From an uncultured Verrucomicrobiae bacterium (lineage in GTDB: Bacteria > Verrucomicrobiota > Verrucomicrobiia > Chthoniobacterales > UBA10450): a stretch of 64,000 nucleotides of DNA. The stretch covers positions 416,001 through 480,000 of the forward strand of contig CAWFGO010000002.1 of NCBI GenBank assembly GCA_963815455.1, in the 5' to 3' direction. Below, one piece after another: positions 30,499-40,590 of the stretch. Under the pieces are notes generated by a model. It was given only the letters and a program-made list of their open reading frames with translations, ran no database searches and was not told the origin of the DNA. The first letter of the stretch is position 1; the number at the start of each line of letters is the position of its first letter. Made by a program: the position numbers and the translations under genes.

Positions 30499-31116
30499 GT
30501 GTCTTTAAGCCGGCGCAGAATCTATCTGGTCTGCTTTTGCCTGCACTTTTTCCTTCTTTTAACGGTTTCGTTTGACGCGACTCTGTGGGTTCTTTCCAAG
30601 GGATACACCTGGTTCCCGCATTCACTGGATCCGTATTGGGGTAGAGCGCAATCAGTCACTGCCACGGTTTTGGGGCGAACGCTGGAGGCCGGCCATCCGG
30701 CGCGAGAAGCGTTATACACTTATCTACACGCCGCCGGCATCGAGGGAGGGTATGGGTTTTTCGGACCGGCCGTTCCCAACAGTTACAAACTGGTATTCGA
30801 ACTGCATTACCTCGATGGCAGGGTTGAATACGAACTTCCCATTGTCGGCGGAGCCGCCGCTGGAGTGCGATTAGGCAACCTGCTCGATCAAATAGGACGA
30901 ACTCAGTACGACCCGCTGCGGGAAATGATGGTCAAGATGCTGGCCTATTCGGTCTGGCAGGAACATCCGGATGCCGAATCCATTAGAGCAGTATTTGGAT
31001 ACGTCGAATTGCCCAGCGTGGCCGAGGCAAAGGAAGGCAAAAAAGAAGCGTATACGTTCTTGTATGCATACGATTTTGGTTTTCGATCGCCGGCGGAGAA
31101 AGAGGTGCAGCCCTGA
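30499..31116 (+). CDS. Membrane-anchored SdpA/LinL/DUF5819-like protein
   Basis: N-terminal TM with LHF; YLHAAGIEGGYGFFGPAVP motif; directly upstream of an HTTM gene; paralog at 38936-39565. Confidence 0.65.
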   Translation: MSLSRRRIYLVCFCLHFFLLLTVSFDATLWVLSKGYTWFPHSLDPYWGRAQSVTATVLGRTLEAGHPAREALYTYLHAAGIEGGYGFFGPAVPNSYKLVFELHYLDGRVEYELPIVGGAAAGVRLGNLLDQIGRTQYDPLREMMVKMLAYSVWQEHPDAESIRAVFGYVELPSVAEAKEGKKEAYTFLYAYDFGFRSPAEKEVQP

Positions 31117-31121
31117 ACTTC

Positions 31122-32090
31122 GTGCAACGCTCCTGGCAAAGGATTAACGAATTCTTATTTCGGCCCGATACCGACAAATGGCTGACGCTACTGCGCATTG
31201 GCCTCGGCCTTGAAATTACGCTCTACTGCCTCTCGCTCCGAAACGATTGGGTGCATTTATTTGCCGGGAGCGGCAACGGTTTGATTAGCCGCGATCTGAC
31301 TGAAGCGATTTCGACGATCGACAGCCCCTGTATTCCAATTCTGAGCTGGCTGGTGGAATTGGGCAACCGGGTAGGACTGAGCGAACCATCTACGCTAACC
31401 GCGGCATGGACGCTGTTGTTTGGCGCCGGCTGTTTCCTTGTTCTCGGACTTTTTAGCCGCAGCGCGGCGGTCGCGGCCTGGTTCCTTCATCTTTGCGCAG
31501 TGAAAAGCGCGGATTTCATGGCTTATGGCATGGATAATTTCACCACCATCGGTCTTTTCTATCTGATGCTCGCGCCTTTGCCGGACGGTCTGGCGCTCGA
31601 TTCGAAGATCTGGAAAGCCCGGAAACGCGACCCGGCAATCCTGGGCTTTCATCGGCGGGTTTTGCAAATCCACATGTGCGTGATTTATTTTTTTAGTGGC
31701 CTAACGAAAGCCTTGGGGACCGGATGGTGGACCGGGGCCGCCTTGTGGCGAGCTCTCACTCGCCCACCGTTTAACATCATTTCGCCGGAACTTTTGGTGC
31801 CATGGCGACACCTTTTGCCGGCGCTGGGAATCCTCGTCTTTCTCATTGAGGTAGCGTATCCACTTTTTATCTGGCCCAAAAGGAGTCGCGCTGTCTGGAT
31901 CGGAGCAGTAGTGGGGATGCATGTCGGCATCGGAGTCATGATGGGCCTTTATCTATTTGCTCTCATCATGATTGTTCTAAACCTGGCGGCCTTCGCTCCT
32001 GGGATTGCTTTCATCGGCCGAAGAAATACTTTCGCGGCATGGCTGGGACGCGATTCTCCCCAAGCGCCCTCTTTCCAACCCAGCGGATGA
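31122..32090 (+). CDS. HTTM-domain membrane protein (SdpB/LinG/VKGC-like)
   Basis: LLRIGLG, LVLGLFSR, YGMD, LQIHMCVIYFFSGLTK..G.GWWTG.A, IEV, MHVGIGVMMGLYLF. Confidence 0.85.
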   Translation: MQRSWQRINEFLFRPDTDKWLTLLRIGLGLEITLYCLSLRNDWVHLFAGSGNGLISRDLTEAISTIDSPCIPILSWLVELGNRVGLSEPSTLTAAWTLLFGAGCFLVLGLFSRSAAVAAWFLHLCAVKSADFMAYGMDNFTTIGLFYLMLAPLPDGLALDSKIWKARKRDPAILGFHRRVLQIHMCVIYFFSGLTKALGTGWWTGAALWRALTRPPFNIISPELLVPWRHLLPALGILVFLIEVAYPLFIWPKRSRAVWIGAVVGMHVGIGVMMGLYLFALIMIVLNLAAFAPGIAFIGRRNTFAAWLGRDSPQAPSFQPSG

Positions 32091-32152
32091 ATGAATATTT
32101 GCCATCGACCGGGCCCAATAATCTGCCAGTGTTGAAAGGCGCGTGATTCGCC

Positions 32153-34529
32153 ATGTCCGCGGAAACAAATCCGGCAGTCGAGTTAGAGATCGCGCATGTT
32201 TTGTTCATCGATACGGTGGGCTATTCGAAACTTCTCATCGACGATCAGCGCGATCTACTCGACCGGCTTAACCGAATTGTTAAAAATACAAATCAAGTCC
32301 GAACGTCGGAGGCCGCCGGCAATTTAATCACGCTGCCGACCGGCGACGGAATGGCCCTGGTTTTTTCCGGCGCGCCGGAGGCGCCAGTTCAGTGTGCGCT
32401 CGAAATCAGCAAAGCCGCCCAAGCCGATCTGCGATTGCCGTTACGGATGGGGATTCATAGCGGTCCGGTCAGTCGAGTTGTCGATGTAAACGACAGATCC
32501 AACGCCGCGGGAGCGGGAATAAATATAGCGGAGAGGGTCATGGGTTTCGGCGATGCGGGCCACATTTTGCTGTCCAAACGAGCCGCCGACGATCTCGCGG
32601 CCTACGGACATTGGCGTCCGTTTCTTCATGAGATCGGCGAATACGAGGTAAAATACGGCGTAAAAGTGTCTCTGGTGAATCTTCACAAGGGAGAGGCGGG
32701 AAATGCCCAGCTGCCGGCGCGATGCAAAATGCTTCAACATCAGGCCCAGCGCGTTAAGATGCGTCGGCGCGCCCTCTACCTGTCGCTGCCGTTGCTCGTC
32801 ATTTCGGCGGTGACCGCCGCACTTCTTTTCCCGCGAGCGAATGTTGCGGACCTTTCTCCAAAGAGCATCGCCGTTCTGCCTTTTGAAAACTTGAGCGACG
32901 AAAAAGAGAACGCATTTTTCACCGGCGGCGTCCAGGATGAGATCTTGAGCGATTTGGCGAGAGTGGCCGATCTCAAGGTGATCAGTCGCACGAGCACGAT
33001 GCGATACAAGAGTTCCCCGGATCGCAATCTCCGGCAGATCGCCAAGGAACTCGGAGTCACTTATATTGTGGAGGGAAGTGTTCAACGTGTCGGAGATCAC
33101 ATCCGAGTGAGCGCACAATTGATCGATGCGCGGAGCGACATGCACATGTGGGCAGATCGCTATGATTCCGATGCAACCGACGTTTTTCGCATTCAAAGCG
33201 ACGTGGCCCAACAAGTGGTCGCACAGCTAAAGGCCAAACTTTCGCCTCAAGAAAAAGCCGCCATTGAGGAGCCACCCACCGATAACCTCGCTGCCTACGA
33301 TCTCTACCTGCGCGGCCGACGTCTCATCGACTCCAGAGCGTTCGAGGCGCGCCAGAAAGAAAGTCTCATCGAGGCGACGCGGTTGCTCGATGAGGCGATC
33401 GCGTTGGACCCTCAGTTTGTGCTCGCCTACTACCAACTGGCCACCGCGCACGATTTGATTTACTTCCAAGGCTACGATCACACGCCGGCTCGGCTGGCCC
33501 AGGCCGATGCGGCCGTGAACTCCCTGGTCCGTCTTCGTCCCGCTTCGGGCGAAGCTCACCTTGCGCTGGCCCAACATTTGCTACTGGGGATATCGCAAAT
33601 ACGATCAGGCGCGGGAGGAACTCGTCGCCGCTCGACGGGCATTACCAAACGAACCTCTGGTTCCGCTCCTGGAGGGTTATATTGATCGGCGACAGGGACG
33701 TTGGGATGAATCGATTCGGGAACTGGAAGGTGCGCTCCAGCTCGATCCACGCAATGTGTTGATTCTTCAGCAGGTCTCGTTCAGCTACGAGCTGTTACGC
33801 CGGTTCAAAGAAATGGCCGCCGTTCTGGATCGCGCTGTCGAACTGGTCCCGGCTGACCTTAGAACCAAGCTTCAACGGACGTTTGTCGATCTTGAATGGC
33901 ATGCTGATCCGCATCCGGCCCACTCAGTCATGCAAGCAATTCTGGCCGAAGATCACGAGACTGTCGCTTCGGTCGCAGATCGTTGGACATATCTCGCGCT
34001 CTACGAACGCGATGCCGCCGCCGGGATGCGCGCGGTGGCGCTGATTCCATCGGAAGGAATCAGCGAACTTGGCGTCAATTTTCCAGCGCCATGGTTTGAG
34101 GGATTGTTTGCGCGACTGCGGGGCGACCAGGCGAGCGCGCGCAGAGCATGGACCCGTGCGCACTCTGAGGTGGACAAAGCCGTGCAGAGCCAACCCGCTT
34201 ATGCCGAACAACTGTCCGTTCTGGGAATGATTGATGCCGCACTTGGGAACAAGGAGGCCGCCATTCGTGAAGGAAAACGCGCCGTCGAATTGCTTCCCAT
34301 GACGGCAGACGCGCTCAAGAACGGGCTACTAGTCGAGCACCTGGCAATTATCTACGCTTGGACCGGGGAGAAAGATCTGGCCTTCGAACAATTGGCCTAC
34401 GCCGCGCAGATCCCCTCCGAAATAAATTACGGTCATCTCCAGTTGCATCCTCTGTGGGATCCACTGCGGGGCGATCCGCGTTTCGACAAATTCGTAGCGT
34501 CGCTTGCGCCTCAACCGCAGAGCCCTTGA
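32153..34529 (+). CDS. Class III adenylate/guanylate cyclase - TM - TolB-N-like - TPR protein (frameshift near 33581)
   Basis: LFIDTVGYS, LPTGDG, RMGIHSGPV, GINIAERV; KSIAVLPFENLS; ORFs join at QHL/YWGY, matching paralog KHLYWGY; ends LWDPLRGDPRF. Confidence 0.88.
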
Positions 34530-34576
34530 CGAACGCGGGAGTGTCAGCTTCCCGTGCGGAACTCGATCATTCGTGT

Positions 34577-34942
34577 TTAGTCGGCCATGCGCGTGACCGT
34601 CACGGAAGCGTATTGGGCGTCGGGCAAAACAAATTTATGCAGTTCGACTTGAACTCGCCGAACCGGAAAAGTCTGCAAGAGATGGGCGGCAAGCTCCGCG
34701 GCCAGGGTTTCGATCAATTTAACGGAGCGGTCACCAACAAATTCGCGAGCAGCGGCACATAGAGCCGAGTAGTTAACCGTTCGGGTTATATCGTCCTCCA
34801 TGTCCTCAAATCTCGCGTTGGGCCAAACGGTCATGGACAAAGTGAGTCGCTGCGGTTGAGCGCGCTCCTTTTCCACGACGCCAACCCGAGCGAACAGTTC
34901 AAGTTGCTCGACATGAATGGAATCGGACGGGTCGGCTTCCAC
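34577..34942 (-). CDS. folB: Dihydroneopterin aldolase
   Basis: ARVGV..KER..PQRL, DDITRTVNY, LIETLA, VELHK. Confidence 0.9.
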   Translation of the reverse strand: MEADPSDSIHVEQLELFARVGVVEKERAQPQRLTLSMTVWPNARFEDMEDDITRTVNYSALCAAAREFVGDRSVKLIETLAAELAAHLLQTFPVRRVQVELHKFVLPDAQYASVTVTRMAD

Positions 34943-35408
34943 GCTGTAGCAGTTGCACGGCGAAGAGATTTCGCAACTGCGACGGGGAAAAAGCGAAGGC
35001 CGGGATTGACGCCGGCCCTCGCAGAAAATGATCGCGGATCAACCTGGATTACAAAAAAAGGGCAAAGGCGGCGGCGCACAGCTGGGTCCTAATCCAAGGT
35101 AGCCGCTCGAACTTCGGGGAGAACATATCTCGGTGACTCCCGAAGCTTTCGCGGCCCGCGCCAGCCGCCTTTGCAAAACCGATCGACGAACAAATTCTAA
35201 AGTAGCACGCCCGAAAGAACCTGGCACGGGCACCCGGCGCTTTCGATATGTGGTCGAGCGTTGTCTCTGCATCTCACCCACCTTCTCCGAGAACTGGAGG
35301 CCGTTGTTCGCGAATTTCTTTCGAAAATGTCAAAAAAAATTCGGCCGGCCAGCTACTGCGCTCGGCGAGCGGGGCCGCAATCGGCGGTAAGGCCCGGCAA
35401 TGGGTCGG

Positions 35409-37895
35409 CTATTTCGGAGCAAGAGAGGCCACGATCTCTTCGAACCGTGGGTCGCCGCGCAGGGGATCCCATGCTGGATTGAGACGCAACTCTCCGTAGC
35501 TGAGATGGCCGGGAAGTTTCACAGCCACGGCCAACTGGTGGCAAGCCGCCTCTTTATCGCCAACTGCAGCATAGATCGCCGCCATAAATTCAAGGCATAC
35601 CTCTCCGTCGATGGCATCTTTCTCAACCGGCAGCAACTCGACCGCCCGCCGCCCCTCTTCAATAGCCTTGTCCTTGTCGCCGAGCCCGGCATTCACTGAA
35701 CCGAGGGCGCAAAGAAGCGCGCCATTTTCGCCTTGGTTCCGAATATCTTCTTCTAGCTCTTTTCGCGCCTTGGCGAAGGCCGAACGCGCAGCAGTGGCAT
35801 CGCCACGGAGAAGCGCCACTCGGCCCTCACACCAGGCACGCGGGAAAACAAGTCCTTCAATACCGTACCCGCTGGTGGGAATCGCAGACAATGCGCGAAC
35901 TGCTGCCTTGGCGTCACGTTCGGCCAAAGCCAAATCAAACCAATCCCCCGCGAGGGTCGGGGCGTTATCTGGATTCTCAGCCAGGATAGCGTCGATGACC
36001 GAATGGAGCGGCCCGGGATCGGCACGCTGGGCGAGAGCGACCATGGCGTGGCGAACGCGCATCGTAATATCCGTAGGCACAATTATAAGGGCGCGGTCCA
36101 AGGTGGCCGTCATTTCTGAATAGCGGCGAAGGAATTCATAACTAAGCGCAATCTGGAGAAGGATCATTGGATTGCGCGGATCAAGGTCGGACGCGCGCTT
36201 CATGTTCTTAAGGGATTCCTCCCAGCGACCCTGTCGCCGGTCGATATAACCGGTCAACAGGGACGGCCACGGATCATTGGGCATCACGGTTGCGGCCGCG
36301 GCGAGTTCTTTTCGCGCGCCATCGTAATCGAGATAGCCCCAGTAAAGGTGCTTGGCCATGGCCAGATGTGTCTCGCCGGAGACGGGCCGAAGGCGGCGAA
36401 GCGATTCGATGGCGGCGGCGGCCAAGGCCAGCCGCCGCGGAGTCCGATCGATGAAGCCCCAGTAGAGCTGATCGTGAGCATGGGCCAATTGGTAGTAGGC
36501 CAGGGCAAATTTGGGATCGTGCGCCACCGCCTGCTCCAGAAGCCGCACCGCTTCCAACAGACTTGCCTCTTTCGGCTCGTTAAATACGGCGTGGTCGATG
36601 AGAACACGCGCCTGCGCGTATAAATCGTAAGCAATCAGATCGGCCGTAGGCTTTTCTTCAATGGCCGCTTTCTCGTTCGGAGACAGGCGCGACTTAAGTT
36701 GATCGACGATTTTTTCCGCCACCTCGTTCTCGATGGTGAATACGTCGGCCGCATTCCGCTTGTAGCTCTCTCCCCAAACATGCGTGTCGGTCCGGGCATT
36801 GATTAATTGAGCGCTGACCCGCACCAGATCGCCCGCACGCTGAACGGTTCCCTCCAGGATAAACGCGACCCCCAAGTCTTTGGCAATTCCGCGCAGGTTG
36901 CGCTCGGCCGCCTTCCTGTATTGCATCACCGACGTCCGGCTGATCACCTTCAGGTCGGCCACCTTGGCCAGGTTGGTCAATATTTCGTCCTGAACGCCGT
37001 CGGCAAAGTAAGCGTTTTGTTTGTCGTCGCTCAAGTTCTGGAAGGGCAGAACAGCGATACTCTTCTCGGGAATCACAACGTTCGATTTGAAGAAATGTGA
37101 AAAACCTACCGTGAGAGCGATGGCGATGACGCATCCCAGCAAAGCAATCCCGGCCGCCCACTTCGGCCAGCGCGGTCCGTAAATCGGACGAATGGTCGCA
37201 CTCGATGTTTGCCCCCATCGGCGTCGCCTGAGTTTTTCGGGGACATGCGGGTTGCCCACGCCATCCTTGCACAGATTGAAAATGTGCAACCGCAAGCCGT
37301 GCTTCGCTTCGCACTCGCCCAGATCGCGCAGGAATGGCTGCCAACTGCGATACTCGGCCAGATCATCCGCCACATGTTTCGAGAGCAGAATATGTCCGGC
37401 ATCGCCGCAATCCATCACCCGCTGGGCCACATTAATTCCCGCGCCGGCAACGTTGATCGTCTCGTTAACATCTTTGACTTGGTTGACCGGACCGCTGTGG
37501 ATCCCCATCCGCAACTGGATGTGCGGCTGTTTGCGCAGTTCATTGCTGATGGCTACTGCGCATTGAACCGGTTCTTCGGGGCTGCGAAAAAAAAGCAGCG
37601 CCATGCCGTCCCCCGTGGGCAAGCGAATGAGCTTCCCTGCTTTTTCCGCTTCTTGAAAACACTCGGTCCCGCGCACGACTCGGTTGAGCTCCTGCAGAAG
37701 CTCAATCTGCTCGTTAACCAGCAATTTGGAATAACCGACGACGTCGATTAACAACAGGTGCGCGATCTCCAACGGGAGATCCGGCTTGGCTTCAGCGGAT
37801 GTGTCTTGCGCGCTCAACGGTCGATTCGGGGCAAAAGATACTCCCAGTTCCACGCCCCGCCATCCAGACAAATGGAAGACGCTCGGATTGGCCAT
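35409..37895 (-). CDS. Class III adenylate/guanylate cyclase - TM - TolB-N-like - TPR protein
   Basis: LLIDVVGYS, LPTGDG, RMGIHSGPV, GINVAQRV, TM, KSIAVLPFQNLS, TPR-like helices, WDPLRGDPRF. Confidence 0.92.
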   Translation of the reverse strand: MANPSVFHLSGWRGVELGVSFAPNRPLSAQDTSAEAKPDLPLEIAHLLLIDVVGYSKLLVNEQIELLQELNRVVRGTECFQEAEKAGKLIRLPTGDGMALLFFRSPEEPVQCAVAISNELRKQPHIQLRMGIHSGPVNQVKDVNETINVAGAGINVAQRVMDCGDAGHILLSKHVADDLAEYRSWQPFLRDLGECEAKHGLRLHIFNLCKDGVGNPHVPEKLRRRRWGQTSSATIRPIYGPRWPKWAAGIALLGCVIAIALTVGFSHFFKSNVVIPEKSIAVLPFQNLSDDKQNAYFADGVQDEILTNLAKVADLKVISRTSVMQYRKAAERNLRGIAKDLGVAFILEGTVQRAGDLVRVSAQLINARTDTHVWGESYKRNAADVFTIENEVAEKIVDQLKSRLSPNEKAAIEEKPTADLIAYDLYAQARVLIDHAVFNEPKEASLLEAVRLLEQAVAHDPKFALAYYQLAHAHDQLYWGFIDRTPRRLALAAAAIESLRRLRPVSGETHLAMAKHLYWGYLDYDGARKELAAAATVMPNDPWPSLLTGYIDRRQGRWEESLKNMKRASDLDPRNPMILLQIALSYEFLRRYSEMTATLDRALIIVPTDITMRVRHAMVALAQRADPGPLHSVIDAILAENPDNAPTLAGDWFDLALAERDAKAAVRALSAIPTSGYGIEGLVFPRAWCEGRVALLRGDATAARSAFAKARKELEEDIRNQGENGALLCALGSVNAGLGDKDKAIEEGRRAVELLPVEKDAIDGEVCLEFMAAIYAAVGDKEAACHQLAVAVKLPGHLSYGELRLNPAWDPLRGDPRFEEIVASLAPK

Positions 37896-37954
37896 TCACC
37901 ATTCTCCTCCGAAAATCGGGGCGAGAAGTTCGAGCAACGCTGCCGAGAACCAAA

Positions 37955-38932
37955 TCAAGCGAGATCGACTGGGCCTGAGTCGAGCGCTTCATTTTTCAAC
38001 TTCGATTCGATTCGGGAAATCCAGATTAATTCAGGACCAAACGCGGACAGGTTCAGGACAATCATGATCAGGGAAAAAAGATACATCCCCATCGCGAGTC
38101 CGATCGCGGCATGCATTGCCATAATTCCAATCACCCAGACGGACCGCGTTCTCCGGTAGCAAATGAAAAGAGGGTAACCCATTTCCAGTACCACGACGGC
38201 GATGCCCGCGACCGGGAGAAGATATTTCCAGCGTATCACTGTTTCCGCGGGAATGAGATCGAAGGGCGGTCTGGTCAGGGCCAGCCAGAGATTCGCTCCG
38301 TTCCACCAGCCGCTTCCCAACGCCTTGGATAGACCGCCAAAAAAATAGATTAGACATAGATGGATCTGCAAAACGCGTCGCCAAAAGCCGAGCAACTCCG
38401 ATCGGCCCGGGCTATTCGGAGATTGTTGCGCTTGTCGATCTTGGGTCCGCCATTGTCGATCCAGTGAAAACCGGTCCGGCAACGGCGATAACATCAAATA
38501 GAAAAGCCCGATGGTCATGAAATTGTCGGCGCCATAGGAAACGAGCCCGCCGCTTTTGGCCGCGCAAAGATGAAGGAACCAAGCCAGGATCGCTGAGGAT
38601 CGACAGAAAAGACCCGTGATCAGGCCGCAACCAGCAGTGAGCAACCCGACCCAGGCCGCTTGAAGCACGGTTTCTTCGGTCAAGCTAACATAATTACCCA
38701 GAGCGACGAGCCATCCGAATCTGGGAACCAGAGGGCTCTCCAGCGAGAGAAGTTTCTCCGCCAGATCGCGGCTGATCAGACCATGACCGGTCCCGGCTAA
38801 CAAATAATTCCAGTCGCGACACAATGAGAGCGCGTAAAGCACAACCTGCACCCCAAGGCCCAGCCTCAAAATAACCAGCCAACGATCCGTTTCCGATGGA
38901 AACAGAAAACCCATGAATTTGGCACTGCCCAT
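37955..38932 (-). CDS. HTTM-domain membrane protein (SdpB/LinG/VKGC-like)
   Basis: ILRLGLG, GLFCR, YGADNF, LQIHLCLIYFFGGLSK..G.GWWNG, MHAAIGLAMGMYLF; paralog of 31122-32090. Confidence 0.85.
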   Translation of the reverse strand: MGSAKFMGFLFPSETDRWLVILRLGLGVQVVLYALSLCRDWNYLLAGTGHGLISRDLAEKLLSLESPLVPRFGWLVALGNYVSLTEETVLQAAWVGLLTAGCGLITGLFCRSSAILAWFLHLCAAKSGGLVSYGADNFMTIGLFYLMLSPLPDRFSLDRQWRTQDRQAQQSPNSPGRSELLGFWRRVLQIHLCLIYFFGGLSKALGSGWWNGANLWLALTRPPFDLIPAETVIRWKYLLPVAGIAVVVLEMGYPLFICYRRTRSVWVIGIMAMHAAIGLAMGMYLFSLIMIVLNLSAFGPELIWISRIESKLKNEALDSGPVDLA

Positions 38933-38935
38933 TTC

Positions 38936-39565
38936 CTAGTGCTTCCCCGGCTCAGCCGTTTTTTCGCTAAGCGTGAAATCATACGCATACAAAAATTCGT
39001 ACGAGCCGCGCTTTCCCTTTTCGAACTCGCTCATTGCGGGCAGGGTGGCCGCGCCGAACACGGCCCGGATCGTTATCGCATCGGGATGCGCCCGCCAAAC
39101 AGAGTGGGCCAGCATCCTGATCATGAGCCTGCGCAACGGTTCGTAGTCGGTGCGTCCAATCTGGTCGAGCAAGCTGGCCAGGCGTAATTCACCGGCCGAG
39201 CTGTTAACCCGCGGCACCTCGGCCTCGACGTGTCCATCCGGATAATGCAGCTCAAAAACCAGTTTGTATCCGCCCGGGATATTCGGCGCAAAATAACCGT
39301 AACCGGTTTCGATACCGGCCAGGTGCAAATACGTTGTGGTTGCCTGGCGGATCGGATTTGACGAAGACAATCCCCGGCCTAACGGCACGGAGGCGACCGC
39401 TTCAGCTTTGCGCCAGTACGATGCGTCTGACGATGGCACGATCGTCAGCCCGTGCCTGATAAGCCAGAACGTTTCGCGGCATGAAACCGCGATGACGAGC
39501 AGGAAATGCAGGCAGAAACCGGCGCAGTAAACGCACCTCGTTAGCCGAGCCCTTCCCGAGTTCAG
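38936..39565 (-). CDS. Membrane-anchored SdpA/LinL/DUF5819-like protein (start uncertain)
   Basis: Frame is open upstream of the called GTG 39439 and encodes CVYCAGFCLHFLLVIAVS, matching the paralog's N-terminus; YLHLAGIETGYGYFAPNIP. No canonical start in frame (CTG 39565 or sequence error). Confidence 0.65.
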   Translation of the reverse strand: MNSGRARLTRCVYCAGFCLHFLLVIAVSCRETFWLIRHGLTIVPSSDASYWRKAEAVASVPLGRGLSSSNPIRQATTTYLHLAGIETGYGYFAPNIPGGYKLVFELHYPDGHVEAEVPRVNSSAGELRLASLLDQIGRTDYEPLRRLMIRMLAHSVWRAHPDAITIRAVFGAATLPAMSEFEKGKRGSYEFLYAYDFTLSEKTAEPGKH

Positions 39566-40026
39566 AACGAATCCACGACCTTCTTCAGATCGGCCGCGCT
39601 ACTGGTAGCCACTCGCTGGGTAACCTGCACACGGCCTTTGGCTTCGGTCGTGCTTTCTGCGCCAGCCACCTGAGTTCCATGCACTGAGCCCCTGATCCCG
39701 CTCCCAGCGCCGGTTGTCCCCGAACTGGCCGAACCGCTGGTCACAACACTACTGAACGGGGGGCCACTCGCCTCCCCGGCAGCCTCTTTTATCGTGACCT
39801 TAGTGCCATTGGCCCCATCTTTGTCGATCTTGTTAAGTAGATCTTTGAAATCGGCCACAGTTGAATTTTTCAGTTCGACATAAGGGTTTCCCTTTATTTC
39901 AAGAACATAGATCGTCCCTTGCGAGGTCGGAGCCTGGGCGAAGGCTCGGAGAGTCAAACCGGCCAGGAGACCGATCACCGCCAAAACAATCAGCTTAAAT
40001 GCAAACGTTCCAGATAGGGTTTTCAT
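39562..40026 (-). CDS. Secreted precursor-like protein 2a (Ser/Thr/Gly-rich; SVHGTQ and RVQVTQ cores)
   Basis: MKTLSGTFAFKLIVLAVIGLLAGLTLRAFA signal; shares F.DLL..ID..G.NGTKV.I with 2b; C-terminal helix DLKKVVDSF. Confidence 0.75.
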   Translation of the reverse strand: MKTLSGTFAFKLIVLAVIGLLAGLTLRAFAQAPTSQGTIYVLEIKGNPYVELKNSTVADFKDLLNKIDKDGANGTKVTIKEAAGEASGPPFSSVVTSGSASSGTTGAGSGIRGSVHGTQVAGAESTTEAKGRVQVTQRVATSSAADLKKVVDSF

Positions 40027-40062
40027 AGCGCCATCCGGTTTGACTCCGCGCTTTGCCTTTAG

Positions 40063-40075
40063 CAAGCACAAAGTT
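40063..40075 (-). promoter_or_regulatory. Conserved 13-mer AACTTTGTGCTTG upstream of precursor 2a
   Basis: Continues as TTGCTA-N17-CAAACC then GGATGGCGCT-ATG. Confidence 0.8.
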
Positions 40076-40113
40076 TGGTGGTCCCGGCAGAGAGACGCGC
40101 CGCTACATCGAAA

Positions 40114-40554
40114 TCAGGGGCTGGGCGACGTCGTGGGCGCTGCTTCGTCCGTTACCGCTGAACCCGCTTCGAAAAAATCCAGAACCGCCTTCAACTTCTG
40201 AGGATCGTTGCTTCTCACGCTCTGCGTACTGTGAACAGACCGCTTCGGGCCAATTACAGTTTGAGCCTGATCGAACGTATCGTTCTGCGTAGGCCCCTCG
40301 ATCTCGCTCGCGTCGTCATCCCTTGGCCTGATGTTGACTTTCGTTCCGTTCGTTCCCTTCGAATCGATATCTTTCAACAAATCTTCGAACGCCCCCAATT
40401 GGTTCAGATCTTTCAACCGCACCCGTTGGCCGTTGACGATGTTGAGCTTGAGAACGTATGACGTTTGCGGTTTCTTCGGGCCGAACGTGTTATACAGATA
40501 GGTTCCCCCAACTGCGACAGCGGCTCCGAGCAGAAATGTGATTACAGTTTTCAT
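40114..40554 (-). CDS. Exported precursor-like protein 2b (SVHSTQSV core)
   Basis: MKTVITFLLGAAVAVGG N-terminus; paralog of 2a; helix KLKAVLDFF. Confidence 0.75.
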   Translation of the reverse strand: MKTVITFLLGAAVAVGGTYLYNTFGPKKPQTSYVLKLNIVNGQRVRLKDLNQLGAFEDLLKDIDSKGTNGTKVNIRPRDDDASEIEGPTQNDTFDQAQTVIGPKRSVHSTQSVRSNDPQKLKAVLDFFEAGSAVTDEAAPTTSPSP

Positions 40555-40590
40555 AGTGCCGTCCGGTTTGAGCCTGCCCCTACGGAATAG

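Noticed and set aside
32153..37895. Cyclase-TPR genes as an anti-phage (Pycsar/CBASS-like) system
   Set aside because: No adjacent cNMP-binding TIR or TM effector; the architecture is a membrane sensor type.
40063..40090. Precursor upstream motif as a sigma-54 or sigma-E promoter (rpoN is adjacent)
   Set aside because: No GG 10 nt before the TTGC GC pair; the AACTT-to-TCAAA spacing (about 26 nt) is too long for an ECF promoter.
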